In this document: positions 12,508-22,299 of the stretch, piece by piece
How positions within the stretch are numbered: position 1 is the first letter of the stretch
How the letters are laid out: each line of letters opens with the position of its first letter
DNA from: an uncultured Pseudomonadota bacterium
Lineage (GTDB): Bacteria > Myxococcota_A > Polyangia > Fen-1088
Length of the DNA stretch: 64,000 nucleotides
NCBI GenBank assembly: GCA_963847705.1
Contig: CAWKBC010000032.1
Coordinates: forward strand, 1 to 64,000
Direction of reading: 5' to 3'
Notes under the pieces: generated by a model
The model's database searches: none
Seen by the model: only the letters and a program-made list of their open reading frames with translations
Told to the model about the DNA's origin: nothing
Translations under genes and position numbers: made by a program

Positions 12508-13161
12508 TTACTTGCAGGCTGCGTTGAGCGAGGCGCCCGCCGTCAGGATGGTCTGGCAGTCGGAGATGATGGTCGCCTGATCCGCCGCCGGCGTCGAGTT
12601 GCAGGTCGCAGAGGTGACCGCCGTGCACGCGCTGGCGCCCTCGATCGCGGTGCAGCAGGCCTGCGCCTTGTCGCAGATGGAGCAGGAGGCGTTGGTGCCG
12701 CTGGTGCCGCCGGTTGCGCCGCTGGTGCCGCCGGTCGCCCCGCTGGTGCCGCCCGTCGCCCCGCTGGTGCCGCCGGTCGCCCCGCTGGTGCCGCCGGTCG
12801 CCCCGCTGGTGCCGCCGGTGCCGCCGGTCTCACACTCCGGGATCGTGGCGCCGCAGGCCAACAGATCCGTGCAGGTGGTCTTGGAGAGACAGGCATTCGC
12901 CGCGCTCTGCATCGCCGCCGCGTTCTTGCAGGCGCCGCCGCCGGTCGTCATTGCACTCTGGGTGCAGCCTTGAACACACTCCGCCATCGTCTCCGTGAAG
13001 CCGGCGTCAGCCTCGCACGGCAGGATCTTGGCGCAGCCCTGCATACAGGTCTCCGCGAAGTTGCCGCTGCTCGACGACGACCCGCATCCCTGCACTGCGG
13101 CAAACGCGAAGCCCACCGCCAGAAACGATCCGATCACCGCGGAAACTGTTTTTCTCGACAT
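12508..13161 (-). CDS. Cys-rich lipoprotein with a Gly/Thr/Ser repeat spacer
   Basis: Signal peptide plus lipobox AVQGC; two Cys-rich modules separated by (TGGTSGA)n. Confidence 0.8.
   Translation of the reverse strand: MSRKTVSAVIGSFLAVGFAFAAVQGCGSSSSSGNFAETCMQGCAKILPCEADAGFTETMAECVQGCTQSAMTTGGGACKNAAAMQSAANACLSKTTCTDLLACGATIPECETGGTGGTSGATGGTSGATGGTSGATGGTSGATGGTSGATGGTSGTNASCSICDKAQACCTAIEGASACTAVTSATCNSTPAADQATIISDCQTILTAGASLNAACK
12698..12823. repeat. Coding 21-bp tandem repeat (ccgctggtgccgccggtcgcc, about 6 copies)
   Basis: Directly visible; encodes the TGGTSGA repeats. Confidence 0.9.
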
Positions 13162-13324
13162 CGCGCGCTATCTCCTCGTGGTTTTGTGGAAGGCCGGAAG
13201 GTATCACGACCCGCTGGCGGGCCCCATTTCATGTGTGACCACCGATCCCGCATTCCATTAAGGAGATTGAGTAAATTCCGGCTCCTGCGCGGGCGTCTCG
13301 ATGCCGGGCACGAAGAGGTAGGCC

Positions 13325-13777
13325 TCAGCGGGCGAGCGGCAGGCGCCGCAGGCGGCGCTCCAGCGCGAACATCACCGTCGCCTCCGCCTTCTTCTTGTGG
13401 TCGTGGCCGAACAGATGGCAGAGGCCGTGGACAGCGAGGCGCTCCAGCTCGGCGCCGAGGCGGCGGCCGTGGGCGCGGCGGCGGGCGGTCTCGACGGAGA
13501 TGACGATGTCGCCGAGCGCGATGCCGTCGCCGGCCGGATCGCCCTCCCCCGCCAGCTCTTGGAGGTGAAAGCTGAGCACGTCGGTGGCCCGATCGTGCTT
13601 GCGGAAGTCGCGGTTGAGGACGCGGATCTCGTCGTCGTCGGTGAAGACCAGCGTCACCGAGGAGCGCGACCGGCCGAGCGCGCGCAGCGCCACCCGCACC
13701 CGCGCCGCCACCCGCCGGCGCACCTCGGGATCGAGCGCGCCCCGGGCCCGCCCGCGTGACAAGGTGAAGACAGGCAC
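13325..13777 (-). CDS. ybeY: rRNA maturation endoribonuclease YbeY
   Basis: LNRDFR...TDVLSF, LGDIVIS, HGLCHLFGHDH; GTG start inferred. Confidence 0.92.
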   Translation of the reverse strand: MPVFTLSRGRARGALDPEVRRRVAARVRVALRALGRSRSSVTLVFTDDDEIRVLNRDFRKHDRATDVLSFHLQELAGEGDPAGDGIALGDIVISVETARRRAHGRRLGAELERLAVHGLCHLFGHDHKKKAEATVMFALERRLRRLPLAR

Positions 13778-13779
13778 GC

Positions 13780-15378
13780 TCAGAGGACTTTCTTGTAGAC
13801 CTCGCCCTCGACGAATACTCGAAAAAGCGCGGGGTCGCACTTTCCCGCCTTCACCTCGGACTCGATGATCCCCAGCGCCTTGTCGACGGGGACGGCCTTC
13901 TTGTAGGGGCGGTCCGAGGCGGTGAGGGCGTCGAAGATGTCGGCGATGGTCATGATGCGCGACTCGATCGGGATCTCCGGCGCGCCGAGGTGGTGAGGAT
14001 AGCCGGTGCCGTTCATGTACTCGTGGTGGGCAGCGGCGATGCGCGGCACGTCGGCGTAGCGCTTCCCCCAGGGGACGGCCTTGAGGAACCTCTCGGTGTG
14101 CTTGACGTGGCTCTCGATCTCGACCCGCTCCACGTCGGTGAGGCTCCCGCGGCGGACCTGCAGCGCGGCGACCTCGTCTCGTTCCAGGTAGGGGCGCAGC
14201 TCGCCGTCGGAGGCCAGGTAGACGAGGCGCGCGATCTCCACCAGCCGCTCGAACCCACCCTGGTCGAGGACGGTCGGCTCGTTGGCCCGATTGACGAAGG
14301 CCCAGGCCTCGTCGACCTCGTCCATCCGGCGTCCCAGCTCGGCGTCGATCTCGGCGAAGCGGCCCGGCAGATCTTCCTTGGCCAGCTCCAGGGCCACCCG
14401 CAGCTTGCGCTCGGCGTGCTCCACCTCGAGCGCCTTCTTGATGAAGGCGAAGCGCAGGCTGATCGAGCGGCGGTCCTCTTCGTAGAGCTTCTTGGCCTTG
14501 ACCAGCACCCGCTCCCGCACGCCGACCTTGCCGAAGTCGTGCAGCACGGCGGCGTACTCGATCTGCTGCAGCCGGTTGTCGTTGAATTTCTCACCGGCGA
14601 AGGGCCCCTCAGAGAGCCCGTCGAGCTTTCGGGCCAGATCGAGCGAGAGGGTGGCGACCCGGCGCGAGTGGCCCGAGGTGGTCGGATCGCGCGACTCGAT
14701 GGCCTGCACGGAGGCCTCGACGAACCCGTCGAACAGGTTGCGGATCTCCTTGTGAAGGAGCGCGTTCTCCAGCGAGACGCCGGCCTGGGCCGCCCAGGCC
14801 GCCGCCAGCTCCTCGGCGCGCGGGTCGAAGGGGATCACGTCCCGATCGAAATGCGCCAGCGCCAGCGGCTTGCCGGGATCGCGCTTCTTGTTGATCAGCT
14901 GGACGACGCCGATCACCTCGCCCATCGCCGAGAGCATCGGCACGGTCAGCATCGAGCGGGCCCGGTAGCCGGTCTTGTCGTCGAAGCTGCGGTTGTGGCG
15001 GAAGGTCGGCGTCTTGCCGACCTCGGGCGCACGTCCGAGGTCGGAGATGTTGATCGGCTGGCCGGTCAGCACCGCCTGGCCGACGACCGACTTGTCGTCG
15101 ACCGGCAGAATGAACGCCTTGAAGTCGATCTTGATCGAGTCGTTCTGGGACTGCATGGACCGCAGACGCTTCGGCACCGGCACGCCCTGCTCGTCTTCAT
15201 CCTCGATGACGTAGACGCTGCCGGCGTCGGCGCCCGTCACCTGACGGCAGCTCTCCAGGATCAGCGCCAGCAGCTTGTCGATGTCGCGCTCCGAGGCGAG
15301 CGCGCGCGAGGTGGCGACCATCTGGGCCAGCACGTAGCTGGACTGGTCGGCCGCGGCCTGCGCCTCCGGGTCGCTCAC
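13780..15378 (-). CDS. GAF + HD-GYP cyclic-dinucleotide phosphodiesterase
   Basis: GAF (SMLTVPM...GVVQLINK), TSGHSRRV, LHDFGK, HHEYMNGTGYP, ADIFDALT...RPYK. Confidence 0.92.
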   Translation of the reverse strand: MSDPEAQAAADQSSYVLAQMVATSRALASERDIDKLLALILESCRQVTGADAGSVYVIEDEDEQGVPVPKRLRSMQSQNDSIKIDFKAFILPVDDKSVVGQAVLTGQPINISDLGRAPEVGKTPTFRHNRSFDDKTGYRARSMLTVPMLSAMGEVIGVVQLINKKRDPGKPLALAHFDRDVIPFDPRAEELAAAWAAQAGVSLENALLHKEIRNLFDGFVEASVQAIESRDPTTSGHSRRVATLSLDLARKLDGLSEGPFAGEKFNDNRLQQIEYAAVLHDFGKVGVRERVLVKAKKLYEEDRRSISLRFAFIKKALEVEHAERKLRVALELAKEDLPGRFAEIDAELGRRMDEVDEAWAFVNRANEPTVLDQGGFERLVEIARLVYLASDGELRPYLERDEVAALQVRRGSLTDVERVEIESHVKHTERFLKAVPWGKRYADVPRIAAAHHEYMNGTGYPHHLGAPEIPIESRIMTIADIFDALTASDRPYKKAVPVDKALGIIESEVKAGKCDPALFRVFVEGEVYKKVL

Positions 15379-15404
15379 AGCCCCAGATTACCTCAGTTCC
15401 GCTG

Positions 15405-16394
15405 TTACTTGCCGCCGCGCTCGGTCCGCTGGGCGTCGTAGGCCTTGATGATCTGCTGCACCAGCGGGTGGCGCACCACGTCCACCTCGGTGAAATAGCG
15501 GAAGGCGATCCCTGGGATGTCGGAGAGGATGCCGATCGCCTCGTTCAACCCCGACCGGCGGTTGTCGGGGAGATCGATCTGCGTGACGTCGCCGGTGATG
15601 ACCGCCTTCGACTCGAAGCCGAGGCGGGTGAGGAACATCTTCATCTGCTCGGGCGTGGTGTTCTGCGCCTCGTCGAGGATGACGAACGCATCGTTCAAAG
15701 TCCGGCCACGCATGAAGGCGATGGGCGCCACCTCGATGAGGCCGCGTGCGACCAGCTGGTCGGCCTTCTCGAAGTCCATCATGTCGTGGAGCGCGTCGTA
15801 GAGCGGCCGCAGATAGGGCGAGACCTTCTCCTCCAGGCTGCCGGGGAGAAACCCCAGCCGCTCGCCCGCCTCGACGGCCGGACGGGTGAGGACGATCCGC
15901 TTGACCTGCTTCTCCATCAGGGCGCGGACGGCCAGCGCCATCGCCAGGTAGGTCTTGCCCGTCCCCGCCGGCCCGACGCCGAACACGATGTCGTGCTCGC
16001 GGATGGCGTCGACGTAGCGCTTCTGCGCGAGGCCCTTGGGGGCGATGGGCCGGGCGCGACCGGCGACCAGGATCGTGTCGTGGAAGACATCGCGCAGATC
16101 CACCCGTCCATCGGCCCGCAGCGCGATCGCCGCCCGGCCGATGTCTTCCGGGCTGATCGCCGCGCCGGTGCGGGCCATGCCGTAGAGCTGCTCGACCAGG
16201 CTGCGCGCGACGACGACGTCGTCACCGGCGCCGACGATGGTCAGATCGTTGCCCCGGCTGTGGACCTGCGCTCCGGTCTCACGCTCGATCAGCTTGAGGT
16301 TCGCGTTCCGCTCGCCGAAGAGAGCCAGGGCGACTCGGTTGTCTTCCAGAGTCAGGCGTTCGGTGACCAGCCGTTCGATGACGGGTTCGCTCAA
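15405..16394 (-). CDS. phoH: PhoH/YbeZ-family ATPase
   Basis: [43 protein letters not shown]; TTG start inferred. Confidence 0.93.
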   Translation of the reverse strand: MSEPVIERLVTERLTLEDNRVALALFGERNANLKLIERETGAQVHSRGNDLTIVGAGDDVVVARSLVEQLYGMARTGAAISPEDIGRAAIALRADGRVDLRDVFHDTILVAGRARPIAPKGLAQKRYVDAIREHDIVFGVGPAGTGKTYLAMALAVRALMEKQVKRIVLTRPAVEAGERLGFLPGSLEEKVSPYLRPLYDALHDMMDFEKADQLVARGLIEVAPIAFMRGRTLNDAFVILDEAQNTTPEQMKMFLTRLGFESKAVITGDVTQIDLPDNRRSGLNEAIGILSDIPGIAFRYFTEVDVVRHPLVQQIIKAYDAQRTERGGK

Positions 16395-16447
16395 TCTGTT
16401 GCAGATAGCATGCGCCCGGGCCCTCTTCAACGCGATATGCTCCGCGC

Positions 16448-17299
16448 GTGGTCGACGACAAGCTCCCCGATCTGACACCGTTGCCTGGCAAACAGACCGG
16501 CGCCGAGGTGACCAAGCTGGTCGGCCTCATGCAGCGGCTGCTGGCGCCCGACGGCTGCCCCTGGGACCGCGAGCAGACCCTGGAGACGCTGGTCCCCTAC
16601 CTGGTCGAGGAGACCTATGAGGTCGTCGACGCCCTGGCCGAGGGGGACGCCGACGATCACCGCGAGGAGCTGGGGGATCTCTTGCTGCAGATCGCCTTCC
16701 AGTCGGAGCTGCGCTTCGCCGAGGGGAAGTTCGGCATCGACGACGTCGCGCGCGGCATCGTCGCCAAGCTGGTCCGCCGTCACCCGCACGTGTTTGGGGA
16801 CGTGGTGGCCAAGGACGCCGGCGCCGTGCTCAGCAACTGGGCCAAGCTGAAGGCGGTCGAGAAGGCCGAGAAGGGGAAGCACGGCGCGCTCCACGGCGTC
16901 CCCAGGAGCGCCCCGGCGCTGCTGCGCGCCACCCGCACGGGGGAGAAGGCGGGCGCCGTCGGCTTCGACTGGCCGGACGCCGAGGGGCCCCGCGCCAAGG
17001 TCGACGAGGAGCTGCGCGAATTCGACGAGGCCCGCCGAGGCGGCGATCGGGAGGAGATGCAGCGCGAGCTCGGCGATCTGCTGTTCGCCACGGTGAACCT
17101 GGCGCGCAAGCTGGGGCTCGACGCCGAGCAGGCGCTGCGCGGCGCGACCGACCGCTTCGCCAGCCGGTTCGCCCACCTCGAGCGCGCGCTGGCGGCCGAG
17201 GGGCGCGCCGTCGCCGACGCCCCGCCCGACGAGCAGGAGCGCCTCTGGGAGTCGGCGAAACGCGCCGAGGCGCAAGTCGGCCCAGAAGGGGTAAAGTAG
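16448..17299 (+). CDS. mazG: Nucleoside triphosphate pyrophosphohydrolase MazG
   Basis: [31 protein letters not shown]. Confidence 0.95.
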   Translation: MVDDKLPDLTPLPGKQTGAEVTKLVGLMQRLLAPDGCPWDREQTLETLVPYLVEETYEVVDALAEGDADDHREELGDLLLQIAFQSELRFAEGKFGIDDVARGIVAKLVRRHPHVFGDVVAKDAGAVLSNWAKLKAVEKAEKGKHGALHGVPRSAPALLRATRTGEKAGAVGFDWPDAEGPRAKVDEELREFDEARRGGDREEMQRELGDLLFATVNLARKLGLDAEQALRGATDRFASRFAHLERALAAEGRAVADAPPDEQERLWESAKRAEAQVGPEGVK

Positions 17300-17304
17300 C
17301 CGCC

Positions 17305-18219
17305 ATGCCCCTCATGAGACAGAAGACCAATCTGGCGATCGCGCTGGCCCTGTCGACCGCCACCCTCGGCGCGATCGGCTGTGGCGTCAACGAAGACCTC
17401 TACAACTCGACGGTCAAGGATCGCGACGCGCAGAAGCAACAGCTCGCCGCCACCCAGACCGCGCTCGAGGCCGAGAAGGCGCAGCGCAAGAAGGACATCG
17501 ACGCCCGCGACGCGCGAATCCTGGTGCTCTCCAACAAGCTGTCCTCGCTGGGGCAGGACGTCTCGCGCCTGGAGACCGAGCGGGGAAGCCTGGGCGGCGA
17601 GCTGGCCGAGGCCCAGAAACGCATGGAGGAGCTGAAGAAGGCGCAGGCCCAGGCTGAGGCGCGCGCCGCGCAGTTCCGCAAGCTGGTGACCCAGTTCAAG
17701 GCGCTCACCGACGCCGGCAAGCTGCAGGTCGAGATCCGCGAGAACCGGATGATCGTCCGCCTGGGCGACAAGATCCTGTTCGACCCCGGCAAGACCGACC
17801 TCAAGCCTGAAGGAAAGGATGCGCTCACCCAGGTGACCGCGGTGCTGAAGTCGCTGCCGAACCGCAACTTCCAGGTCGCCGGCCACACCGACAACGTGCC
17901 GATCAAGTCGAAGCGCTTTCGCTCCAACTGGGATCTGTCGACGGCCCGCGCGGTGGAGGTCACCAACTTCATGATCGGCGCCGGCATGGAGCCCAAGCGG
18001 GTCTCGGCGGCCGGGTACGCCGATCAGTCGCCGGTCGCCCCCAACGACACGCCCGACAACATGGCGAAGAACCGGCGCATCGAGATCACCTTGGTCCCCA
18101 ACCTCGACGATCTGCCGCCCATCGACGACGCGCTCAAGGGCGATGCGCCGGTGGCACCGGCCGCACCGGCTGCTGGACCCGCCGCGCCATCCGCCACGCC
18201 CACTGCGCCGCCGTCTTAA
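17305..18219 (+). CDS. OmpA/MotB-domain lipoprotein with a coiled coil
   Basis: Lipobox AIGC, coiled coil, GHTD, NWDLSTARA, NRRIEI. Confidence 0.9.
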   Translation: MPLMRQKTNLAIALALSTATLGAIGCGVNEDLYNSTVKDRDAQKQQLAATQTALEAEKAQRKKDIDARDARILVLSNKLSSLGQDVSRLETERGSLGGELAEAQKRMEELKKAQAQAEARAAQFRKLVTQFKALTDAGKLQVEIRENRMIVRLGDKILFDPGKTDLKPEGKDALTQVTAVLKSLPNRNFQVAGHTDNVPIKSKRFRSNWDLSTARAVEVTNFMIGAGMEPKRVSAAGYADQSPVAPNDTPDNMAKNRRIEITLVPNLDDLPPIDDALKGDAPVAPAAPAAGPAAPSATPTAPPS

Positions 18220-18250
18220 GCGCCGCGCCCGCGCCTCCGTCTCCCCGTCG

Positions 18251-19072
18251 ATGATGCTTGCCCGCCTCGTGGCGTTCGCCACTCGCACCGCGCGCGGCAA
18301 GCGCCTGCTGTGGCGGGCCTGGTATCAGTTTTTGGCCGCGCGCTACCCCAACCCGCGCTGGACGTTCATGAACTACGGCCACCGCGCGCCCGAGGCGACC
18401 CCCGCGCAACCGCCGCTCGCGCTCGAGCTCTCCGAGGAGGACAATCGCTCCTGCATCCAGCTCTACGATCTGGTCGCGCGCGGCGCGCCGGTCGCGGGGC
18501 GCGAGCTCCTCGAGGTGGGGTGCGGACGTGGCGGCGGCGCCGATTACCTGGCGCGCAAGCTCGACCCGCGTCGGGTGGTGGCCGTCGATCTCTCGCCGCG
18601 CGCCGTCGCGCTCTGCCGCCGGCGCTTCGCGCACCCTCGCCTCTCGTTCGAGGTCGGCGATGCCGAGCGGCTGCCGTTCTCCGCCGGTTCGTTCGACGTC
18701 GTGCTCAACGTCGAGTCCTCGCACTGCTATGGGCGCTTCGAGGCGTTCCTGAGCGAAGTCCGCCGCGTGCTGCGCCCGGGCGGGCACTTCCTGTACGCGG
18801 ACTTTCGCCCGAGCGGCGAGCTCGACGGATGGCGCGCGAGCCTCCTCGCCGCCGGCTTCGCGATCCAGGCAGAGCAGGACCTGCGCCCGGGCGTCGTGGC
18901 GGCACTCGACGCCGACGACGGCGAGAAACGCGCGCTCATCGGCCGCCTCATCGATCGGCCGCTGGCTGGAATCTTTGGCGAGTTCGCCGCGCTCCGGGGC
19001 AGCCAGCTCAACGCCGCGCTTCGCACGGGCGACTTCGGCTACCGCGCCTTCGTGCTGACGCCTACCGCTTGA
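18251..19072 (+). CDS. Class I SAM-dependent methyltransferase (phthiotriol dimycocerosate methyltransferase-like)
   Basis: FMNYG, LEVGCGRGGG, GDAERLPF, LNVESSHCY, LRPGG. Confidence 0.85.
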   Translation: MMLARLVAFATRTARGKRLLWRAWYQFLAARYPNPRWTFMNYGHRAPEATPAQPPLALELSEEDNRSCIQLYDLVARGAPVAGRELLEVGCGRGGGADYLARKLDPRRVVAVDLSPRAVALCRRRFAHPRLSFEVGDAERLPFSAGSFDVVLNVESSHCYGRFEAFLSEVRRVLRPGGHFLYADFRPSGELDGWRASLLAAGFAIQAEQDLRPGVVAALDADDGEKRALIGRLIDRPLAGIFGEFAALRGSQLNAALRTGDFGYRAFVLTPTA

Positions 19073-19817
19073 GGGAAGCCGGCAGGTCGATCGCCTCGCC
19101 CAACATCTCGCGGACCTCGGGCCTGAAGCCGCCGCCCGCCTCGTGCACGATGAGCGGCGACTCCACCACCAGGGGGACCTCGCCCCCTCGCCGCGCTTCG
19201 ACCAGCACGCGCGAGGCGGGCTCGTCGGCGTGGGGATGCACGTTTCGGGTGCGTGCAGGCCGCAGATCGCTCGCGGTGAGGGTCCGGAAGAGCTCGGTCG
19301 AACGCTCCATCGGGAGAATCGCGGCGAGCCGCCCACCGGGACGGACGACCCGCGCGGCGATGGCGACCCACTCGTGCAGGCGAAGCGCGATCTCGTGGTG
19401 CGCCAGGGCCCTCTCTCTGTTCGGCGACGGCGGGCTCGCCTGGAGCGTGCGATAAGGCGGATTGGTCACCACCAGATCGAACGTCCCCTCGCCCAACCTC
19501 CCGCCCAGCGCGCGTACGTCCCCCTCGAGGATCTCGAGCCGCTCGTCCCAGCCGTTCTCGGCGCGGCCGCGCACCGCCAGAGCCGCCAGCCGCGGCTGAA
19601 TCTCGACGCTCACACCGGTCGCCGCCGGATCGCCCGCCAGCAGCAAGAACGAAAGCGGTCCCGTCCCGCACCCGATGTCGAGAAACCGCCCGAAGGGCGG
19701 CGCCACGAAGCCTGCCAGCAGGACCGGGTCGAGGCTCATTCGCGCGCCGCGCGCCGGCTGATACAGACGCACGCGGCCGTGCAAGAGCGCGTCCGCCGTG
19801 ACTGCGTCGTCCATCAT
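19062..19817 (-). CDS. tRNA1(Val) A37 N6-methyltransferase-like (TrmN6/YfiC family)
   Basis: DPVLLA, LDIGCGTG, VEIQ, NPPY, AHHE. Confidence 0.85.
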   Translation of the reverse strand: MMDDAVTADALLHGRVRLYQPARGARMSLDPVLLAGFVAPPFGRFLDIGCGTGPLSFLLLAGDPAATGVSVEIQPRLAALAVRGRAENGWDERLEILEGDVRALGGRLGEGTFDLVVTNPPYRTLQASPPSPNRERALAHHEIALRLHEWVAIAARVVRPGGRLAAILPMERSTELFRTLTASDLRPARTRNVHPHADEPASRVLVEARRGGEVPLVVESPLIVHEAGGGFRPEVREMLGEAIDLPASLKR

Positions 19818-19827
19818 CGACCGCGCG

Positions 19828-21135
19828 CTACCGGGGCGCCGGGCCGTCGAGGCCGTACATCACGAGGCCGGTCGCCAGCTTGGGCTGGAAATAGGTCGAC
19901 TTCTGCGGCAGCACGAAGCCTGCCTCGCAAACGGCCAGCACCTCCTCGACCTTGGTGGCGTTCATGAAGAAGGCCGCCTGCGCCTGGCCGGCGGCCACGC
20001 GCGCCATCGCCTCGGCGGTGTCGTGGGTGTAGCCGAGGTACGACTGGCTCTCCATCGCCGCGGCGTCGATCCCCAGCAGCGGCGCCAGGATCACCCCGTG
20101 CAGGACCGTGACGTCCAGCTTGCGCAGCACGGGCGGCCCCAGCGCCGAGAGATCGACGAACGACTTGAGCGTGAACCAGGTCGTCCCGGCCTGACCCGGC
20201 ACGCGCGCCGCGAACACCACCCCCGCGGTCCCCTCGCGCCCCAGCCGCTCCTCGATCGCCGGCGCCGTGGCCTCGTCGCCCTCGACGATGTCGAAGGCCG
20301 CCCCCGCCCCCGCGCACAGCGCCGGGAAGTCGAAGTCGGGCAGATCGCGAATCAGCCGATGCGTCGGCAGCACCAGGAGCCCCGGATCCTCGGCGCGCGC
20401 CAGGAACATCATCGCGAAGTCGGCCGCCGCGCCCCCCGCCGCGTAGTCGAGCGCACGCAGCTCCGGACCGAGTCGCAGCAGCGTCTCGTAGCGGTGGTGA
20501 CCGTCGGCGATCAGGATCTGCTTGTCGGCCAGCAGTCGCACCAGGCCGGCGATCGCCGCCGGCTCGCCCAGCCGCCAGAGTCGATGCCGGATCCCGTCGG
20601 CGGTGGTCGCATCGAGCGCCACCTGCGCCGCCGTCGCACGGTCGATGATCTCGCGCGCGGACCCCTCGGAGTCGCGGAACAGACCGAAGATGGGAGAGAT
20701 CTGGGTGCGGGTCGCGCGCATCAGCTTGAGGCGATCCTCCTTGGGCCCCGCCAGTGTCTTCTCGTGCGGCAGGATGGTGCGCCGCTCGAAGGGCTCGAGG
20801 CGAACCGCGGCGAAGAATCCCCGCCGCGTGTAGATCCGACCGGCCGCCTGCGGCAGCGTGAACTGCTGCTCGTAGACGTAGAACGCCGGCTTGGCGTCGG
20901 CGCGCAGGATCCCTTGGGCCACCCAGTCGCCCAGCAGGCGCGCCGCTTCGGCATAGCGCCCATCCCCTTCGCCGAGCGGCAGCTCGATGCGCACCACGTT
21001 CTGCGGGTGCCGCGCCTCGAGCTCCGACCGCTCCGCCTCGCCGATCACGTCGTAGGGCGGCGCCAGCACGCGCGAGAGGTCGCCCACCCGCGCCGGCTCG
21101 TAGCGAATCCCCAGGAATGGAACGATGTCAGCCAC
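19828..21135 (-). CDS. DUF1015 family protein
   Basis: PPYDVI, PHEKT, IADGHHRYET, PTHR, PQKSTYFQPK. Confidence 0.9.
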   Translation of the reverse strand: MADIVPFLGIRYEPARVGDLSRVLAPPYDVIGEAERSELEARHPQNVVRIELPLGEGDGRYAEAARLLGDWVAQGILRADAKPAFYVYEQQFTLPQAAGRIYTRRGFFAAVRLEPFERRTILPHEKTLAGPKEDRLKLMRATRTQISPIFGLFRDSEGSAREIIDRATAAQVALDATTADGIRHRLWRLGEPAAIAGLVRLLADKQILIADGHHRYETLLRLGPELRALDYAAGGAAADFAMMFLARAEDPGLLVLPTHRLIRDLPDFDFPALCAGAGAAFDIVEGDEATAPAIEERLGREGTAGVVFAARVPGQAGTTWFTLKSFVDLSALGPPVLRKLDVTVLHGVILAPLLGIDAAAMESQSYLGYTHDTAEAMARVAAGQAQAAFFMNATKVEEVLAVCEAGFVLPQKSTYFQPKLATGLVMYGLDGPAPR

Positions 21136-21589
21136 GGCGCCCCGATGATTGTCTCACGATTTTCCGCGAATACGCGTACCAAGAGGGGAGCGCGATGCTG
21201 AAGACCAGCATGCCCGCGAAGCCGCAGCGCGGATCGTTCGACCCGACGCCGAAAGCGAGCAGACCCAAACCCATGAATGAAACAGCAGCGGCGATTTCGT
21301 TGGCGCGCCGCGATCCGCGGCGCTCGAGCGGAAGCGGCGGTCCAAACAGACGCGCGAGCGACGGCTCGAGGGTGGCCTGGTCGGCCGCGTCGGCCTCCAG
21401 CTTCCAGCTCACCGCGGAGCCATGGAGGCGCGCCACGGTCCCGTCGACCACCCAGCTCTCGACGCCTGACCGCGCGATCTCCACCTCGCCCAGATGGAGC
21501 GTCCCGCCCAGGACCTGAAGCTCTCGCCGACCGAGCCGCCCGTAGGCACGAATGAACGCGCGCAGGACGTACAGGTAGAAAACGCCCAC
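21128..21589 (-). CDS. Hypothetical membrane protein (possibly N-terminally truncated)
   Basis: Hydrophobic segments at both ends; stop overlaps the DUF1015 start region. Confidence 0.5.
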   Translation of the reverse strand: MGVFYLYVLRAFIRAYGRLGRRELQVLGGTLHLGEVEIARSGVESWVVDGTVARLHGSAVSWKLEADAADQATLEPSLARLFGPPLPLERRGSRRANEIAAAVSFMGLGLLAFGVGSNDPRCGFAGMLVFSIALPSWYAYSRKIVRQSSGRRG

Positions 21590-21633
21590 TAGCGCGCCGC
21601 GCTCCAGAAGAACTGCGACCTCCGGGGGCCGTC

Positions 21634-22221
21634 TCAGAACCTGGCCGAAACGCCGGGGCCCCAGGCGATGGCGCGCTCCGTCTGGATCCGGGTTGGCGTG
21701 ATGGCGAAGCCGGGTGGCAGGCCCAACCGCGCGCCGAGCTCGTGGTTGTACTGGTCGGCGGCGAGATAGGCGTCGATGGGACTGTACACGATGCCGCCCG
21801 TCACCAGCGCGAGCCCCAGGTAGAACTCGTTCGAGACGCCGCTGGTGTTGAGGCCGTGGCTCCCGAGCGCGATGCCGCCGATGATGAGGGACCAGGTGAT
21901 GAGGGCGCCGGTGTAGTGCCCGGCGTAGACGTTTCCGAGCCCTGGCCAGAGGAGCGAGAGCAGCGCCGCGCCGGCGGGACTCTTACAATCTCGTTCGTAC
22001 GCAAAGAGAGCGCGCGGGGAGATACTCTGGCCGGCAGAGGGAGGCACCTCGGCGGCGTAGTCGTAGCTGCCGGCCGGCGGCCAGTAGGTCGGTGGCGCCG
22101 CCGGCGGTGACTGCGGTGCCGTGGGCGGCGTCGGAGCGGCGCCCGTCGATGGCGGCGACGGGAGCTGCGCGTACGCCTGACTGGAGATCAACGCGATGGC
22201 GAAATAAGCAAGGAATCGCAT
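21634..22221 (-). CDS. Hypothetical exported/membrane protein with a TM2-like motif
   Basis: Signal peptide, Pro-rich linker, KSPAGAALLSLLWPGLGNVYAG, C-terminal Phe. Confidence 0.7.
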   Translation of the reverse strand: MRFLAYFAIALISSQAYAQLPSPPSTGAAPTPPTAPQSPPAAPPTYWPPAGSYDYAAEVPPSAGQSISPRALFAYERDCKSPAGAALLSLLWPGLGNVYAGHYTGALITWSLIIGGIALGSHGLNTSGVSNEFYLGLALVTGGIVYSPIDAYLAADQYNHELGARLGLPPGFAITPTRIQTERAIAWGPGVSARF

Positions 22222-22299
22222 CCCCGCACTTTACCGCCAGGGAATGAGAACCCGTTGGCGCCGAGATCACGACGCGCCCCGACACCGAGCGGCGCCCGA

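Noticed and set aside
12698-12823. Possible CRISPR array or other non-coding repeat (also 54837-54881)
   Set aside because: The units are head-to-tail without spacers, are multiples of 3 bp, lie inside coding regions, and no cas genes are present.
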